Positions 36,151 to 45,573 of a DNA stretch of 64,000 nucleotides are shown here, piece after piece. Location of the stretch: assembly GCA_050250895.1 (NCBI GenBank), contig JBFWNU010000005.1, positions 547,396-611,395 of the forward strand, in the 5' to 3' direction. Below the pieces are notes generated by a model. That model saw only the letters and a program-made list of their open reading frames with translations. It made no database searches and was not told the origin of the DNA. Each line of letters begins with the position of its first letter. The stretch's first letter is position 1. A program made the position numbers and the translations under genes. Source of the DNA: Vulcanimicrobiota bacterium (GTDB lineage Bacteria; Vulcanimicrobiota; Xenobia; Xenobiales; JADMJV01).

Positions 36151-38444
36151 TGCTCTATCTCCTGGCTGCCATCTCACTGGCCCTGGCCGCCCTCAACGTG
36201 TGGATCGCTCCACCCACTCCGGCCATCACTCCCCTTCTGCTGGCCCTGGCCGCTCTGGGGCTCGAGGCGGCCGCCGTGCCCCTGGCCAGCTTCGGGACTT
36301 TTCGGGTCACCTTCGCCTGTCTGCTGGCCATCGCTCTGGTCCCCGAGGGCGGTCCCGGAGCCGCCAGCCTGACCCTGGTGCTGGCCCTGTTGCTCACCCG
36401 TCGCGACCTCAAAGAGGCTTGCAGCGAAGGTTTGCCGGCCCTGGCCGCCCTGGCTGTCGCCCGTCTTCACCCGGCCGCCGGCCCCCTCACTTACCTCCTG
36501 CTCGGCTGGTCTTTGCGCCAGGCCTTCGCCACCGCTCTGCCCCGACCCGAACTGCTGGTCTGGCTGCGCCTGTGGCGAGGAGTCGCCCCCCTGTGGGTGG
36601 TCGCCGCCGTGGCCGGAGTCGGGGTGGCCCAGGTCGTGACCCTTGGCTACTGGCACCTGGTCTGGATTTTGCCACTCTTGTGGGCCTGTCTGCGGGCCGC
36701 CGAAGGCACCCTCGTCTACGATCAGGCCCGGGTGGCCGAGAGCGCCCGCGGCCAGCTCAGCGAGACCCGCGGCAAGCTCGATGAAACCGTGGCCCAGGCC
36801 CGCGAACTCGAAGGCGAACGCGACCTGCTGCTTAGCCTCTCCCGGGCTCTGGCCGGCTTGACCGAGCCCCAGGCCGTGGCCCGTCACATCGTCGAAGCCG
36901 CCCGGCGGGCCACCCCTTGCCGTAGTGTGGTGCTCTTTCTCGCCCACGAGGGGAGGTTGGTTCCCTTTCATCACCACAGCCCCGAGCACGAGAAACTGCA
37001 GGCCGAAGAGCTGCTCAAAGTGGGGGAGCCGCTGGTCGACCTTTGTTGGCAAGAGCGCCGCCCCCTCCAATCCCGTCCCGAACTGCGTCAGCCACCACGC
37101 CTCTTCGAGCCCGAGCAGGCGGCCGTGGCCCTGCCCGTTCCCGGTCTGGGCGTACTCTATGTAGGACGCATTCGCGACGACTTCGATCAAGACACCCTCC
37201 AGATCCTGAGCCTGCTCTGCGGCCAGGGAGCCTCGGCCCTCGAGTCGGCCCAGCGCTTTCTGGCCCAGCAAGAGGGCCTCGAGCTGCACCGCCAGGCCCA
37301 CCACCAACTGCAGGGGTGGGTCACCCGCCTCGAACAGCTCATGGAGGGCGGCCGGGCGCTTTCAGGCAGTCTCGAGCAACGCCAGCTCTTGCAACACTTC
37401 CGTCACAGTCTCGAGCGGCTCATACCGCATCATAACGGGCTCGTGCTCGAGCGCGCTCAAGACCGCTGGACCTCCCTCGTCGCGTGGGGAGCCCCCTTCA
37501 CCGAGGTCGACCAGCTGGCCGATTCGGTGCTCGAGAACCGCAAGCCGCTGCTCTTGCCTCGGGTCGAAGAAACCCGCTTCGCCTCCCTGGCTCCCCAGCA
37601 TCCCTGGCTGCTGGCCGCTCCCATGGACGCCCTAGAGGGAGTGGTGGTGCTCAGCGGAGCCGACCACGAGCCCACCAAAGAACACCGCGACCTGGCCACC
37701 ATGCTGGCCGCGCAACTCTCGCTGGCGCTGGCCAACGCGCGCAGCTTTGCGGCCCTGGCCACGGCCCAGTCCCAGCTTATGCAATCGGCCAAACTGGCCG
37801 CCGTGGGCCAGCTGGCCGCCGGAGTAGCCCACGAACTCAACAGTCCGCTGGCCACCGTGCGCCTGGCTCTCGAGTCCTTTCCGGCCGACCTGCCCGAGGC
37901 CTCGGCCCGGCGATTGGCCCGGGCTCAACGGGCCCTCGAGCGGGCCAACTTCATCATCGAGCGGCTGCTCGACTACTCGCGCACCTCTAGCCGCCAGCCC
38001 CAAGACGTCTCGCTCGACGAACTGGTGCGCGAAACCCTCGAGTTTCTCACCCCCCAGCTCGAGCGCGACCACTTCGAGCTCGACCTGCGCCTCGAGGCCG
38101 GGGGCCTGGTGCAGGCCGACCCTCGCGAACTGCAGCAAGTGCTCATCAACCTCATCCTCAACGCCCGCGACGCCTGTGATGAGCGCCGCCAACTCGAGGT
38201 CTTCACCGAGCGCCGCGACCAGCATCTGTGCCTGGGGGTCCGCGATTGCGGCCAGGGTATCAGCCCGGCCGATCTCGAGCGCGTCTTCGAGCCTTTTTTC
38301 ACCACCCGCAAGGAAGGCGGCACCGGCCTGGGATTGGCCATCAGCCTCGAGATCGCCCAGAGATGGGGAGGCTCCCTCACCCTCGACTCGGTCGAGGGCG
38401 AGGGAACCCTGGCTCTCTTGAGCCTGCCAGCACACACTCCCTAG
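36150..38444 (+). CDS. Membrane sensor histidine kinase with GAF domains
   Basis: Real start ATG36150 (TGATG overlap); H-box AGVAHELNSPL, NLILNARDA, DCGQGI, FFTT, GTGLGL. Confidence 0.92.
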   Translation: MLYLLAAISLALAALNVWIAPPTPAITPLLLALAALGLEAAAVPLASFGTFRVTFACLLAIALVPEGGPGAASLTLVLALLLTRRDLKEACSEGLPALAALAVARLHPAAGPLTYLLLGWSLRQAFATALPRPELLVWLRLWRGVAPLWVVAAVAGVGVAQVVTLGYWHLVWILPLLWACLRAAEGTLVYDQARVAESARGQLSETRGKLDETVAQARELEGERDLLLSLSRALAGLTEPQAVARHIVEAARRATPCRSVVLFLAHEGRLVPFHHHSPEHEKLQAEELLKVGEPLVDLCWQERRPLQSRPELRQPPRLFEPEQAAVALPVPGLGVLYVGRIRDDFDQDTLQILSLLCGQGASALESAQRFLAQQEGLELHRQAHHQLQGWVTRLEQLMEGGRALSGSLEQRQLLQHFRHSLERLIPHHNGLVLERAQDRWTSLVAWGAPFTEVDQLADSVLENRKPLLLPRVEETRFASLAPQHPWLLAAPMDALEGVVVLSGADHEPTKEHRDLATMLAAQLSLALANARSFAALATAQSQLMQSAKLAAVGQLAAGVAHELNSPLATVRLALESFPADLPEASARRLARAQRALERANFIIERLLDYSRTSSRQPQDVSLDELVRETLEFLTPQLERDHFELDLRLEAGGLVQADPRELQQVLINLILNARDACDERRQLEVFTERRDQHLCLGVRDCGQGISPADLERVFEPFFTTRKEGGTGLGLAISLEIAQRWGGSLTLDSVEGEGTLALLSLPAHTP

Positions 38445-39355
38445 ACGAAACTGTTGGGCCACCAGTCCCAGGTCTTCACCTGGCTGCCGTTGCGCAACAG
38501 GGCGCTCGAGCTGAAGTTGCCGTTCTGGCGGGTGTTGATGCTTTCCACGCCGCCCTCTTGCGACTGCACCAGTTCGCCCGAATCTACCCGGCCGTCGCGG
38601 TTGCGGTCATACCAGAGATACATATCCGAAAGCTCGCCGCCGTTGACCTGGCCGTCGCCATTCTTGTCGGCCACCGCCCCCATCTTGGCATAGCCGTCGC
38701 TATACTTGCCTCCCTCGTCACCCATCAACTCGCGCCCCGAGACCTCCAGCGAACCGCCCCGCTGAAACTGGTCCAGCTGGCCCTCGTTGAGCTTGAGCAA
38801 CAGCGGGTCCTTGCCGCCCACCCACTCGGTCAGCACCTTCTCGCCCGAGCCGGTGATATCGAACATCACCTTGTGAGCGCCCTGGTCCCCCAACTCGGCG
38901 TGAGGCTTCCATATCCCATTTTCCACATCCGGACGGCTGTCGCCATCCATATCCAGCAGCACCGGACTGTGCGAGCTGACCATCTGGCCCTGCGCGTTGA
39001 GCTCTTGCACCCGCTGGCCGTTCGGGGCGGTCGGGTCTTTCACCTGAAAACCGTCGTTCTTCTGCTTGACCTGCAATCCGCGCGCTTGCGCCTGCTCTAA
39101 AGCCGTCAGCGGCGGGGCCGGGGCGTGGTCGTCGTGCACACACTGGCACTCTTGACCGGCAAATTTGCCAAACCCGGAGCCCAGTTGAAAGAGGGCCAGC
39201 AGCAGTTCCTTGAGCAGTTGCATCACTTCGCTGTCGGTCGTCTTCTCGGCCGGCGCGGGGGTGGGCGCCTTCTGGTCCGCCGCGCTCAGGTTCGGATTAG
39301 GGCTCGAGTTGGTGTTGGGGCTGGCCTGATTGTTGATGGTGGGGAGAGTTTGCAT
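38441..39355 (-). CDS. Hypothetical Ca-binding (EF-hand-like) protein, possibly extracellular
   Basis: SPVLLDMDGD, FDITGSG, DKNGDGQVNGGEL, WYDRNRDGRVDSGEL. Confidence 0.72.
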   Translation of the reverse strand: MQTLPTINNQASPNTNSSPNPNLSAADQKAPTPAPAEKTTDSEVMQLLKELLLALFQLGSGFGKFAGQECQCVHDDHAPAPPLTALEQAQARGLQVKQKNDGFQVKDPTAPNGQRVQELNAQGQMVSSHSPVLLDMDGDSRPDVENGIWKPHAELGDQGAHKVMFDITGSGEKVLTEWVGGKDPLLLKLNEGQLDQFQRGGSLEVSGRELMGDEGGKYSDGYAKMGAVADKNGDGQVNGGELSDMYLWYDRNRDGRVDSGELVQSQEGGVESINTRQNGNFSSSALLRNGSQVKTWDWWPNSFV

Positions 39356-39435
39356 CGTCGTGAACTCCTTCGTTAATCTGAATTCAGACTAACCACCCCG
39401 ACGCTAAAGCCGACTCGAAGAGAGTCCAAAACATG

Positions 39436-39924
39436 TTACATTGCTGTAAACAGCTTATGATGGGATGTGTCGCGGGTTCCGTTGCCCCCAAGCCCGGAGA
39501 AACGAGTGGGCCCATCCTTTTTTACACCGTGAATTAGCCTCATGGATCGAGTGCGCGAAACCGGACATTTGGCGCTGGGGTCTGCTTCTTGCAACAGGGT
39601 GATGGCTCGAGCCAGCTGCGCGGTGGTTCGACACGAGTAAGGCAGCCCGCGCTCGAGTGGTGGCAGAGGCCAGCCGGTCGCGGCCGCGAGTTTCCACCAG
39701 TCTTGTCGGGGTTGGAGCATCTTCTGGCCCGAATCCAACCAATCCAGCAGACGCCGATGAACGGCTACCGTGGGACAGGGCCAGGGGTGGCAAAGCCCGT
39801 GGCTCCGTAGAAGATAGCTGTAAAGCCGACCGACCGTGCACAGCCGCATCGCGTCATCATCGGCGATGGCCAGGTCGAATTCGGCCTCGAGATGCAAGAG
39901 AAGCGAGAGTCCGTCAAGTCCCAT
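39436..39924 (-). CDS. Acyl-carrier-like protein, possibly degenerate
   Basis: MGLDGLSLLLHLEAEFDLAIADDDA..TVG matches the ACP C-terminal half; 3' part looks non-coding. Confidence 0.45.
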   Translation of the reverse strand: MGLDGLSLLLHLEAEFDLAIADDDAMRLCTVGRLYSYLLRSHGLCHPWPCPTVAVHRRLLDWLDSGQKMLQPRQDWWKLAAATGWPLPPLERGLPYSCRTTAQLARAITLLQEADPSAKCPVSRTRSMRLIHGVKKDGPTRFSGLGGNGTRDTSHHKLFTAM

Positions 39925-39968
39925 AGGCTGCGATTCTCGCTTGCAGGGCCTGGGCCCTGGCCGGCTCG

Positions 39969-40982
39969 CTACTTGCTTTCCAACTGCACGCGGGTGACGA
40001 CCTTGCCCGTCAGCCCATTCACATAGGCTTGCGTCAAACGCTCGCGCGCGGTCTGGTCGCCTTTGAGGTAGAGGTCGAGAAAGGCCAGCGTGACAGCGGT
40101 CGAGATGCGCACCACGTCGGCCGCCTCAGGAGTGGCTTTACGCCAGGCGTTGCGGGCCCAGCGACTGGCCTCGCCGAGGTCGTCCCACCCGTTATGACCG
40201 GCCTTGGCTAACCAGAGATGGTACTTGTCGCCCGGTGGCATCAGCTGATAGGCTCGATAGCGGTCCCTGGCCGACTTGAGGCCGCCGCTGAGCTGGGTAT
40301 CGTTCTCGCCCGTCAGGCAGAGCATGGGGCAGACCAGTCCGGAATAGCTGCCCTCATCGAAAAAATTGCTGCCCGGCCCGCTCGGCGAATAGACTACACC
40401 CACATCGACGCGAGAGTCGCGAAGGCTCGGGGCGGGACCCTTGCCCGGGGGCACGGCCGGTTTGAGGTTATCCAGAATCGGCACCGCTCCACACACCGCC
40501 TGCACCGTGTAAGAGCCGTAGGAATGGCCCAGGGCGGCGATGTGGTCGAGGTCGAGTTTGCCATAGAGCGGATGGCCCCTCTCGGCGTTCCATTGCTCGG
40601 CTCGGTCGATGAGAAAGCTCACGTCCCTGGGACGCCCAAAGACCGCCGCCGGGTCGCGGCCGGGGTCGGGGCCGGTGGCGTAGGTCTTGTCATGGCGAAA
40701 GACCCGTCTCGTGTCGCTGGCGGGATGGTTGGGCGCCAGCACCACATAGCCCTCGGCGGCGATTGCATCGACGATCTGCTGATGACTGCCCCAGTTGCCT
40801 CCGTTGCCGTGCGAGACGATCACCAGCGGGAAAGGGCCCTGGCCGTCAGGATAGGTAATGCGCGTCTGCACCAGCCGGTCATCGCGCTCCGGGTCCCTTA
40901 GCTCGGTCAGCTCGAGTCGGCGGACAGGCTGGGCCAGCGCCGTAACGGTCAACAGAAGAACCAGGAGAAGCTTTTTGCCCAT
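39969..40982 (-). CDS. Secreted alpha/beta hydrolase (dienelactone/PAF-AH-like)
   Basis: Signal peptide MGKKLLLVLL; VSHGNGG, GHSYG nucleophile, TGEND, AGH. Confidence 0.88.
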   Translation of the reverse strand: MGKKLLLVLLLTVTALAQPVRRLELTELRDPERDDRLVQTRITYPDGQGPFPLVIVSHGNGGNWGSHQQIVDAIAAEGYVVLAPNHPASDTRRVFRHDKTYATGPDPGRDPAAVFGRPRDVSFLIDRAEQWNAERGHPLYGKLDLDHIAALGHSYGSYTVQAVCGAVPILDNLKPAVPPGKGPAPSLRDSRVDVGVVYSPSGPGSNFFDEGSYSGLVCPMLCLTGENDTQLSGGLKSARDRYRAYQLMPPGDKYHLWLAKAGHNGWDDLGEASRWARNAWRKATPEAADVVRISTAVTLAFLDLYLKGDQTARERLTQAYVNGLTGKVVTRVQLESK

Positions 40983-40989
40983 AGAGACA

Positions 40990-43554
40990 CTACAACCCAT
41001 TGGCGGTGACTCCCGATTGGCGGGCCTGGGCCCTGGCTTGAAAGAGGCGGGCTCCGCTGAGGGTGGCCACTTCGAGGGCTTCCTCGAATCTGCCCAGGCG
41101 GCAGAGCAGGTCCGGAACGTAGGCGAGCTGGCCGGTGGCGCGGGCCTGTTCCAGGGCCGACACGAGCAGGCTTTGGGGATGCCCGAGGCACTCGGCCCAC
41201 AGGCCCTTGAGGTAAGGCAAGGAGACCATGGCTCCCAATCGCTCGCGCTGGTGCACGCCGGCCTCGACCTCCTCGGCCTGGCGGCGGGCCCAGCCCAGCA
41301 GGGCTCGGGCAAAGCCTACCCAGTGGCGCGAGCGATGCTCGCGAGAAAGTTCCAGGCAGTCAGCGGCCAGCTCTTCCACCTGCTGGCGATGGCCCAGTAG
41401 TTGTTCGACCCAGGCTTCAAAAAGCAGGGCGGTGATCTGGCTGAAAGGATGACCCGACTGCTCGGCTCGCCGCCTCAACTCGACCAGAGACGGCTCGACG
41501 GGCTCGGCTTTGACGGCCGCCAACCAGGCCAGATGACAGAGCGTGTAGACCAGCGGGTCCTGGCCAAACAGGCGCACGTGGTCGACGGCATCGACCTGTT
41601 GATAAAGCTGATAGGCCAGCTCGAGTTCCTGCTGGGCCTGCTGCAGGCGTCCGCTGCAGCAGGCCGTCAGGCCCAGCGTCCAGTGGCCCTCGGCGGCAAA
41701 GCGATCCCCCTCGGCTCGGGCCAGCAGTTGCTCGGCCAATCGCTGGGCTTGCTCGAGCTCGGCTCGCACGAAGTGATAAGACCACAGCCCTTTGAGGGCC
41801 CGAAAGTCGGGACCGAGCTCGAGAATGCGTTGGCAGTTGGCGAGCGTGGCCGGGTCCGAATAGCCCACCGTCGCGGTCAGGGCCGGCAGTAGCTCAAGGC
41901 GCAAGGCGAGTTCGTCGCCCTCGGGTCCGAGCCCCTCGAGGGCCCGTTGAAGTTGGGCCGTAGCCTCAGCCTCGGCTCCGCGCGAGCGCTCGCGACGAGC
42001 CGCCCGTCGCCACAATTCGACCGAGCGGGCCGGCTGGTTGGATTGGCTCCAGTGGTGGGCTACCAGCTCAGGGCGCTCTTGCTCGAGGTCGGTCAACAGC
42101 GAGGCCACCCGGCCGTGCAGTCCCCGGCGGTCCCGCTCGAGCAGCGACTCATAGGCGGCTTCGCGCAGCAGGCCGTGGCCAAAGCCGAGCATCGGCTGGT
42201 CGGTCTGCCAGCCCACCAGCACCCCGGTCTCCTCGAGGCTTTGCACTAGCTCGTCGAAGTCGTCTTGCTGCCAGAGCCGAGCCAGCAGACGCCGGGGAAA
42301 GTGGCGGCCGAAGATGGCTGCCCACTGGGCCAGGGGCCGGGCCTGGGGAGCCCGATCCAACCAGGCTAGCAGGCTGGCCTGCAGGCTGTCAGGCAAGTCC
42401 GAGCCGCTCCGCGCGAGCTCTTCGATGAAGAGGGGGATGCCGCCCGAGCGCTCGACCAGCTCGGGCCCTTTGCCCAGACTGGCCAACAGCAACTCGGTCT
42501 CGGGAGAGGTCAGCGGACCCAGCTCGAGCACCTCTGCCTCGACCTCGAGGGGCCGGCGGGCGGTCATCACCACCATCACCCGATCGAGTTCTCCCACCAG
42601 TTCTCGACTGGTAGCATCCAGCCAGTCACAGTCTTCCAGCCACAATAGGCCGGGCTGATTCAGGGCCTGTCTTACTCTTTCATAACCTGTCACACCCAGG
42701 GCTTGCTCGAGCACGAACAGCGAGCGGTCACGGGCGAAGGGCGAGCACAATCCCACCACCACCCGGGCCTCGAGGGTCTGCACGAAGGCCTCGACCAGGC
42801 GGGTCTTGCCCAGACCGGCTTCGGCCACGATCTGGCAGCGGCGGGCGCCGGCCCGCTCCCAGAGCTGGCCCAGCCACTCTAGTTCTGGCCCACGACCGAC
42901 GAACGGAGTGGGGGGAGGGGGGCGTTTGCGGGCACGTCCGAGCGCGAACAGGGCCTGGGGTTCGGAAAAGCCCCTGGGGGAGTGCTCTCCCAGTGGCTCG
43001 CAGTGAAAAGACGAGGCCAGCTGGTTGGCCGTGCGCTCGCTCATGACGGCCTGGCCCGGTTCGGCCAGCCCTTCGAGCCGGGCGGCCAGGTTGGGCACTT
43101 CGCCCAGAGCCAGACGCTCGTGGCGGCGGCCCGCACCCATTTCTCCGATGACGACCGGACCGGTGTGGAGCCCGATGCGCACCTGTTGCTGCTTCTGCTC
43201 CAGGATCGCTCGCGCGGCCATGGCGGCCCGGCGCGCGTCGTCGCCGTGGGCTACCGGATAACCGAAATAGGCCAGCACGCCGTCGCCCAGATACTGGGCC
43301 ACATAGCCGCCGCAGCTTTCGATGGCCCGAGCGCACACCCGCTGGTATTCGCGGACGTGGTCTCTCAAAGCCTCGGCGTCGAGACGCTCGGACAACTGGC
43401 TCGAACCCACCATGTCGACGAACATCACCGTCAGCAGTCGCCGCTCGGCCTCGGGCGTCCGGCTCGAGGCCAACGCTCGACCGCAAATGCCGCAAAAGCG
43501 GAAATAGGCCGGACAGGCGAAGTCGCAATCGGGGCAGGCGATGGTTTGGGTCAC
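40990..43554 (-). CDS. Zinc ribbon + class III adenylate/guanylate cyclase + AAA ATPase + TPR protein
   Basis: CPDC..FCGICG; TVMFVDMVGS, YLGDGV, NLAARL; FVGR, AEAGLGKT, SGGIPLFIEE. Confidence 0.9.
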   Translation of the reverse strand: MTQTIACPDCDFACPAYFRFCGICGRALASSRTPEAERRLLTVMFVDMVGSSQLSERLDAEALRDHVREYQRVCARAIESCGGYVAQYLGDGVLAYFGYPVAHGDDARRAAMAARAILEQKQQQVRIGLHTGPVVIGEMGAGRRHERLALGEVPNLAARLEGLAEPGQAVMSERTANQLASSFHCEPLGEHSPRGFSEPQALFALGRARKRPPPPTPFVGRGPELEWLGQLWERAGARRCQIVAEAGLGKTRLVEAFVQTLEARVVVGLCSPFARDRSLFVLEQALGVTGYERVRQALNQPGLLWLEDCDWLDATSRELVGELDRVMVVMTARRPLEVEAEVLELGPLTSPETELLLASLGKGPELVERSGGIPLFIEELARSGSDLPDSLQASLLAWLDRAPQARPLAQWAAIFGRHFPRRLLARLWQQDDFDELVQSLEETGVLVGWQTDQPMLGFGHGLLREAAYESLLERDRRGLHGRVASLLTDLEQERPELVAHHWSQSNQPARSVELWRRAARRERSRGAEAEATAQLQRALEGLGPEGDELALRLELLPALTATVGYSDPATLANCQRILELGPDFRALKGLWSYHFVRAELEQAQRLAEQLLARAEGDRFAAEGHWTLGLTACCSGRLQQAQQELELAYQLYQQVDAVDHVRLFGQDPLVYTLCHLAWLAAVKAEPVEPSLVELRRRAEQSGHPFSQITALLFEAWVEQLLGHRQQVEELAADCLELSREHRSRHWVGFARALLGWARRQAEEVEAGVHQRERLGAMVSLPYLKGLWAECLGHPQSLLVSALEQARATGQLAYVPDLLCRLGRFEEALEVATLSGARLFQARAQARQSGVTANGL

Positions 43555-43653
43555 GCTGGGTCACACTTCCCCACTCGACGAAAGGTTCCCTCGACCGCCG
43601 CTCAGGACGAACTCGTCCAAGGGTGATAATCCCGCCCAGGGGAGAGCAGTCAC

Positions 43654-44210
43654 GTGGTCGTAAACGCATTGGACTGCCAGAAGGGTCTTCGTCTCCAGTT
43701 CAACCCAGATGGGCCTAGCCAGTCGAGAGCGAACCAAACCTATAAGATCTTCGAAGACAACCTGGCCAGCCTGGGCCTTGGGCTGACAATCTGGACCTGA
43801 TCAATTCGTATGAGAAGGCGCAGGAGGTCGTCGCGATCGTCGAACCCCACGAGGGCAGCCACGAGATCTTGCTGTGCGAGCTCGAACTGATGAGTTCCTA
43901 TGGCGAGGTAGCTGATCCCATCGACGAACCGGCAGCCGGCGACGCTTCGCCAGCGGGCTGGAGCCTTCGAGGGTTTGATGTGGCCTATCCCGGCGGCGAC
44001 TTCTATTCGGCGACGAACCAGCTTTCTTCCAAGACGGTCGATGGCGATTTGATCCTGGCGCCCTATCGGAACCTCCTTAATGGCTGGGGCCTTTTCACCT
44101 CGATTGCCGATGCCAGGCGCTTTCTGATCGATTTTCGCGAAGAGGTCGAGACCGAAAGGGCCTCGGACTTCGCCCTCTGGCGGTTGTATCACCGCCCAGT
44201 GCCCGCATAA
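43654..44210 (+). pseudogene. Hypothetical gene with an apparent frameshift near 43780
   Basis: GTG43654 frame stops at 43800; the other frame (ADNLDLINSYEKAQ...) runs to 44210 without a good start. Confidence 0.45.
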
Positions 44211-44237
44211 CAAGCTGGCCCGAGCCGGCCCCCAAGG

Positions 44238-44260
44238 CAAACCCCCGGCTCCGGGGTTTG
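44238..44260. terminator. Hairpin between convergent genes
   Basis: CAAACCCCCGG-CT-CCGGGGTTTG. Confidence 0.45.
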
Positions 44261-44303
44261 GTGGGAGCCCCTGGGAGCCAACCCGCCCGCGGCCTGGACG
44301 CAG

Positions 44304-45533
44304 CTAGCGACTGCGCTCTGACTCGCGAGCGCGGTAGGGATAGAACACCATCCGTTCCCCCCAGCCCGAGGCTACGTACACGGGCGAGGAGCTGCTCAGC
44401 TCGAACCCGCCACTCATCAGCAAATACTCGAACTGCTCACCCACCCAGGCCACCGGCTCCCGCTCCAGGCCCGTCAGGTCGGCCGGCAGAGCCCCGTGGC
44501 GCGCCTCGTAAATCCGGATCGCCAGCACCGCCCGCGTCGCCTCGAGTTGCGTCAAAGCCATCCGGTAGATGTCACGAGAGCGAAAGCAGTTGATCACCGC
44601 GATCTGCACCAGGTGAGCCAGCCAGCGACCGGTCACCTCCTTTTCCACCTCGGCCTGGCTCAAGTTGCGATGCAAATCGTCATAGTCGACTCGGTGCTTG
44701 AGGTAGAAGTCAGTCATCACGGCCGCATTGCGAGCCAAATACATGTCGGCCAGGAGGCCGTCCTCATCCTCTCCCGGATGCTCCATACGATAGCGATAGA
44801 GGCAGTAATCGATATCCATGATCCGGCCATAACCCCGCGACGGTAACACCTCGTCGGTCACCACCGCGGCCAGCCGCTCTAGCTCGTCTGGCTCGAGTTG
44901 CACGTGCTCGAGAAGCTGCAGGGTGTCCTGAGTCAACAGGTTGACACAAGCGGCTCTCAACATCCCGCCGACGATGTCGGTGTCGATGGATTGTCGCGCT
45001 ACGAAACGGTAGGCCAGCACCAGATAGTCCATTCCCTCCTGGCGTTGCCCAGTAGCAAGGCAGTGAACAGCCATGGTGCTGAGGGCCATCGTCAGGCTGC
45101 GCGTCTCGAGCCTGCCGTCTTTGGGGGTGCTCATCCCTCTTGGCTGCGGATAGTCGAGTTCAAGAGGAAAGGCGATCACGGGCTTTTCGACAGCAGCACG
45201 CAAAAGCGGCAACGCCTTCTCGCGAAACTCGGCCGCATCGCGGTCAAAACCCTCGGGGTCGGCCGCAATGTTGGCCAGAGTCTGCTCATAGTCTCCCAGC
45301 CAAAAGTTGGCCACCGGACACGGACCGGGCTCCTGAATCGTCTGACCCTCCCACAGCGGTTGCAGCAACCGAACTCCATTCTCCTTGGTTACGTTCACCG
45401 ACTGGATACGGGCCAGAGTTGCCCCGTAAAGCTTATCCGCCTTTGCATTTGTGCCCCCTCGGTCGGGGTAACCCACCAGGATAGCCAATCCCACCGCCAG
45501 CAGCACGCCCACCATCAGAAGCTTCTTGCGCAT
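44304..45533 (-). CDS. Membrane-anchored hypothetical protein
   Basis: N-terminal TM; C-terminal LAIRIYEARHGALPADL resembles a pseudopilin helix. Confidence 0.65.
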   Translation of the reverse strand: MRKKLLMVGVLLAVGLAILVGYPDRGGTNAKADKLYGATLARIQSVNVTKENGVRLLQPLWEGQTIQEPGPCPVANFWLGDYEQTLANIAADPEGFDRDAAEFREKALPLLRAAVEKPVIAFPLELDYPQPRGMSTPKDGRLETRSLTMALSTMAVHCLATGQRQEGMDYLVLAYRFVARQSIDTDIVGGMLRAACVNLLTQDTLQLLEHVQLEPDELERLAAVVTDEVLPSRGYGRIMDIDYCLYRYRMEHPGEDEDGLLADMYLARNAAVMTDFYLKHRVDYDDLHRNLSQAEVEKEVTGRWLAHLVQIAVINCFRSRDIYRMALTQLEATRAVLAIRIYEARHGALPADLTGLEREPVAWVGEQFEYLLMSGGFELSSSSPVYVASGWGERMVFYPYRARESERSR

Positions 45534-45573
45534 AACGTAACTTTCTCTGTCGCCTGCTCAAACCCCGCCTCCC

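Noticed and set aside
44260-44300. Remnant of a second HNH gene (resembles 16280-16310)
   Set aside because: Match is short and GC-rich and gives no convincing protein similarity
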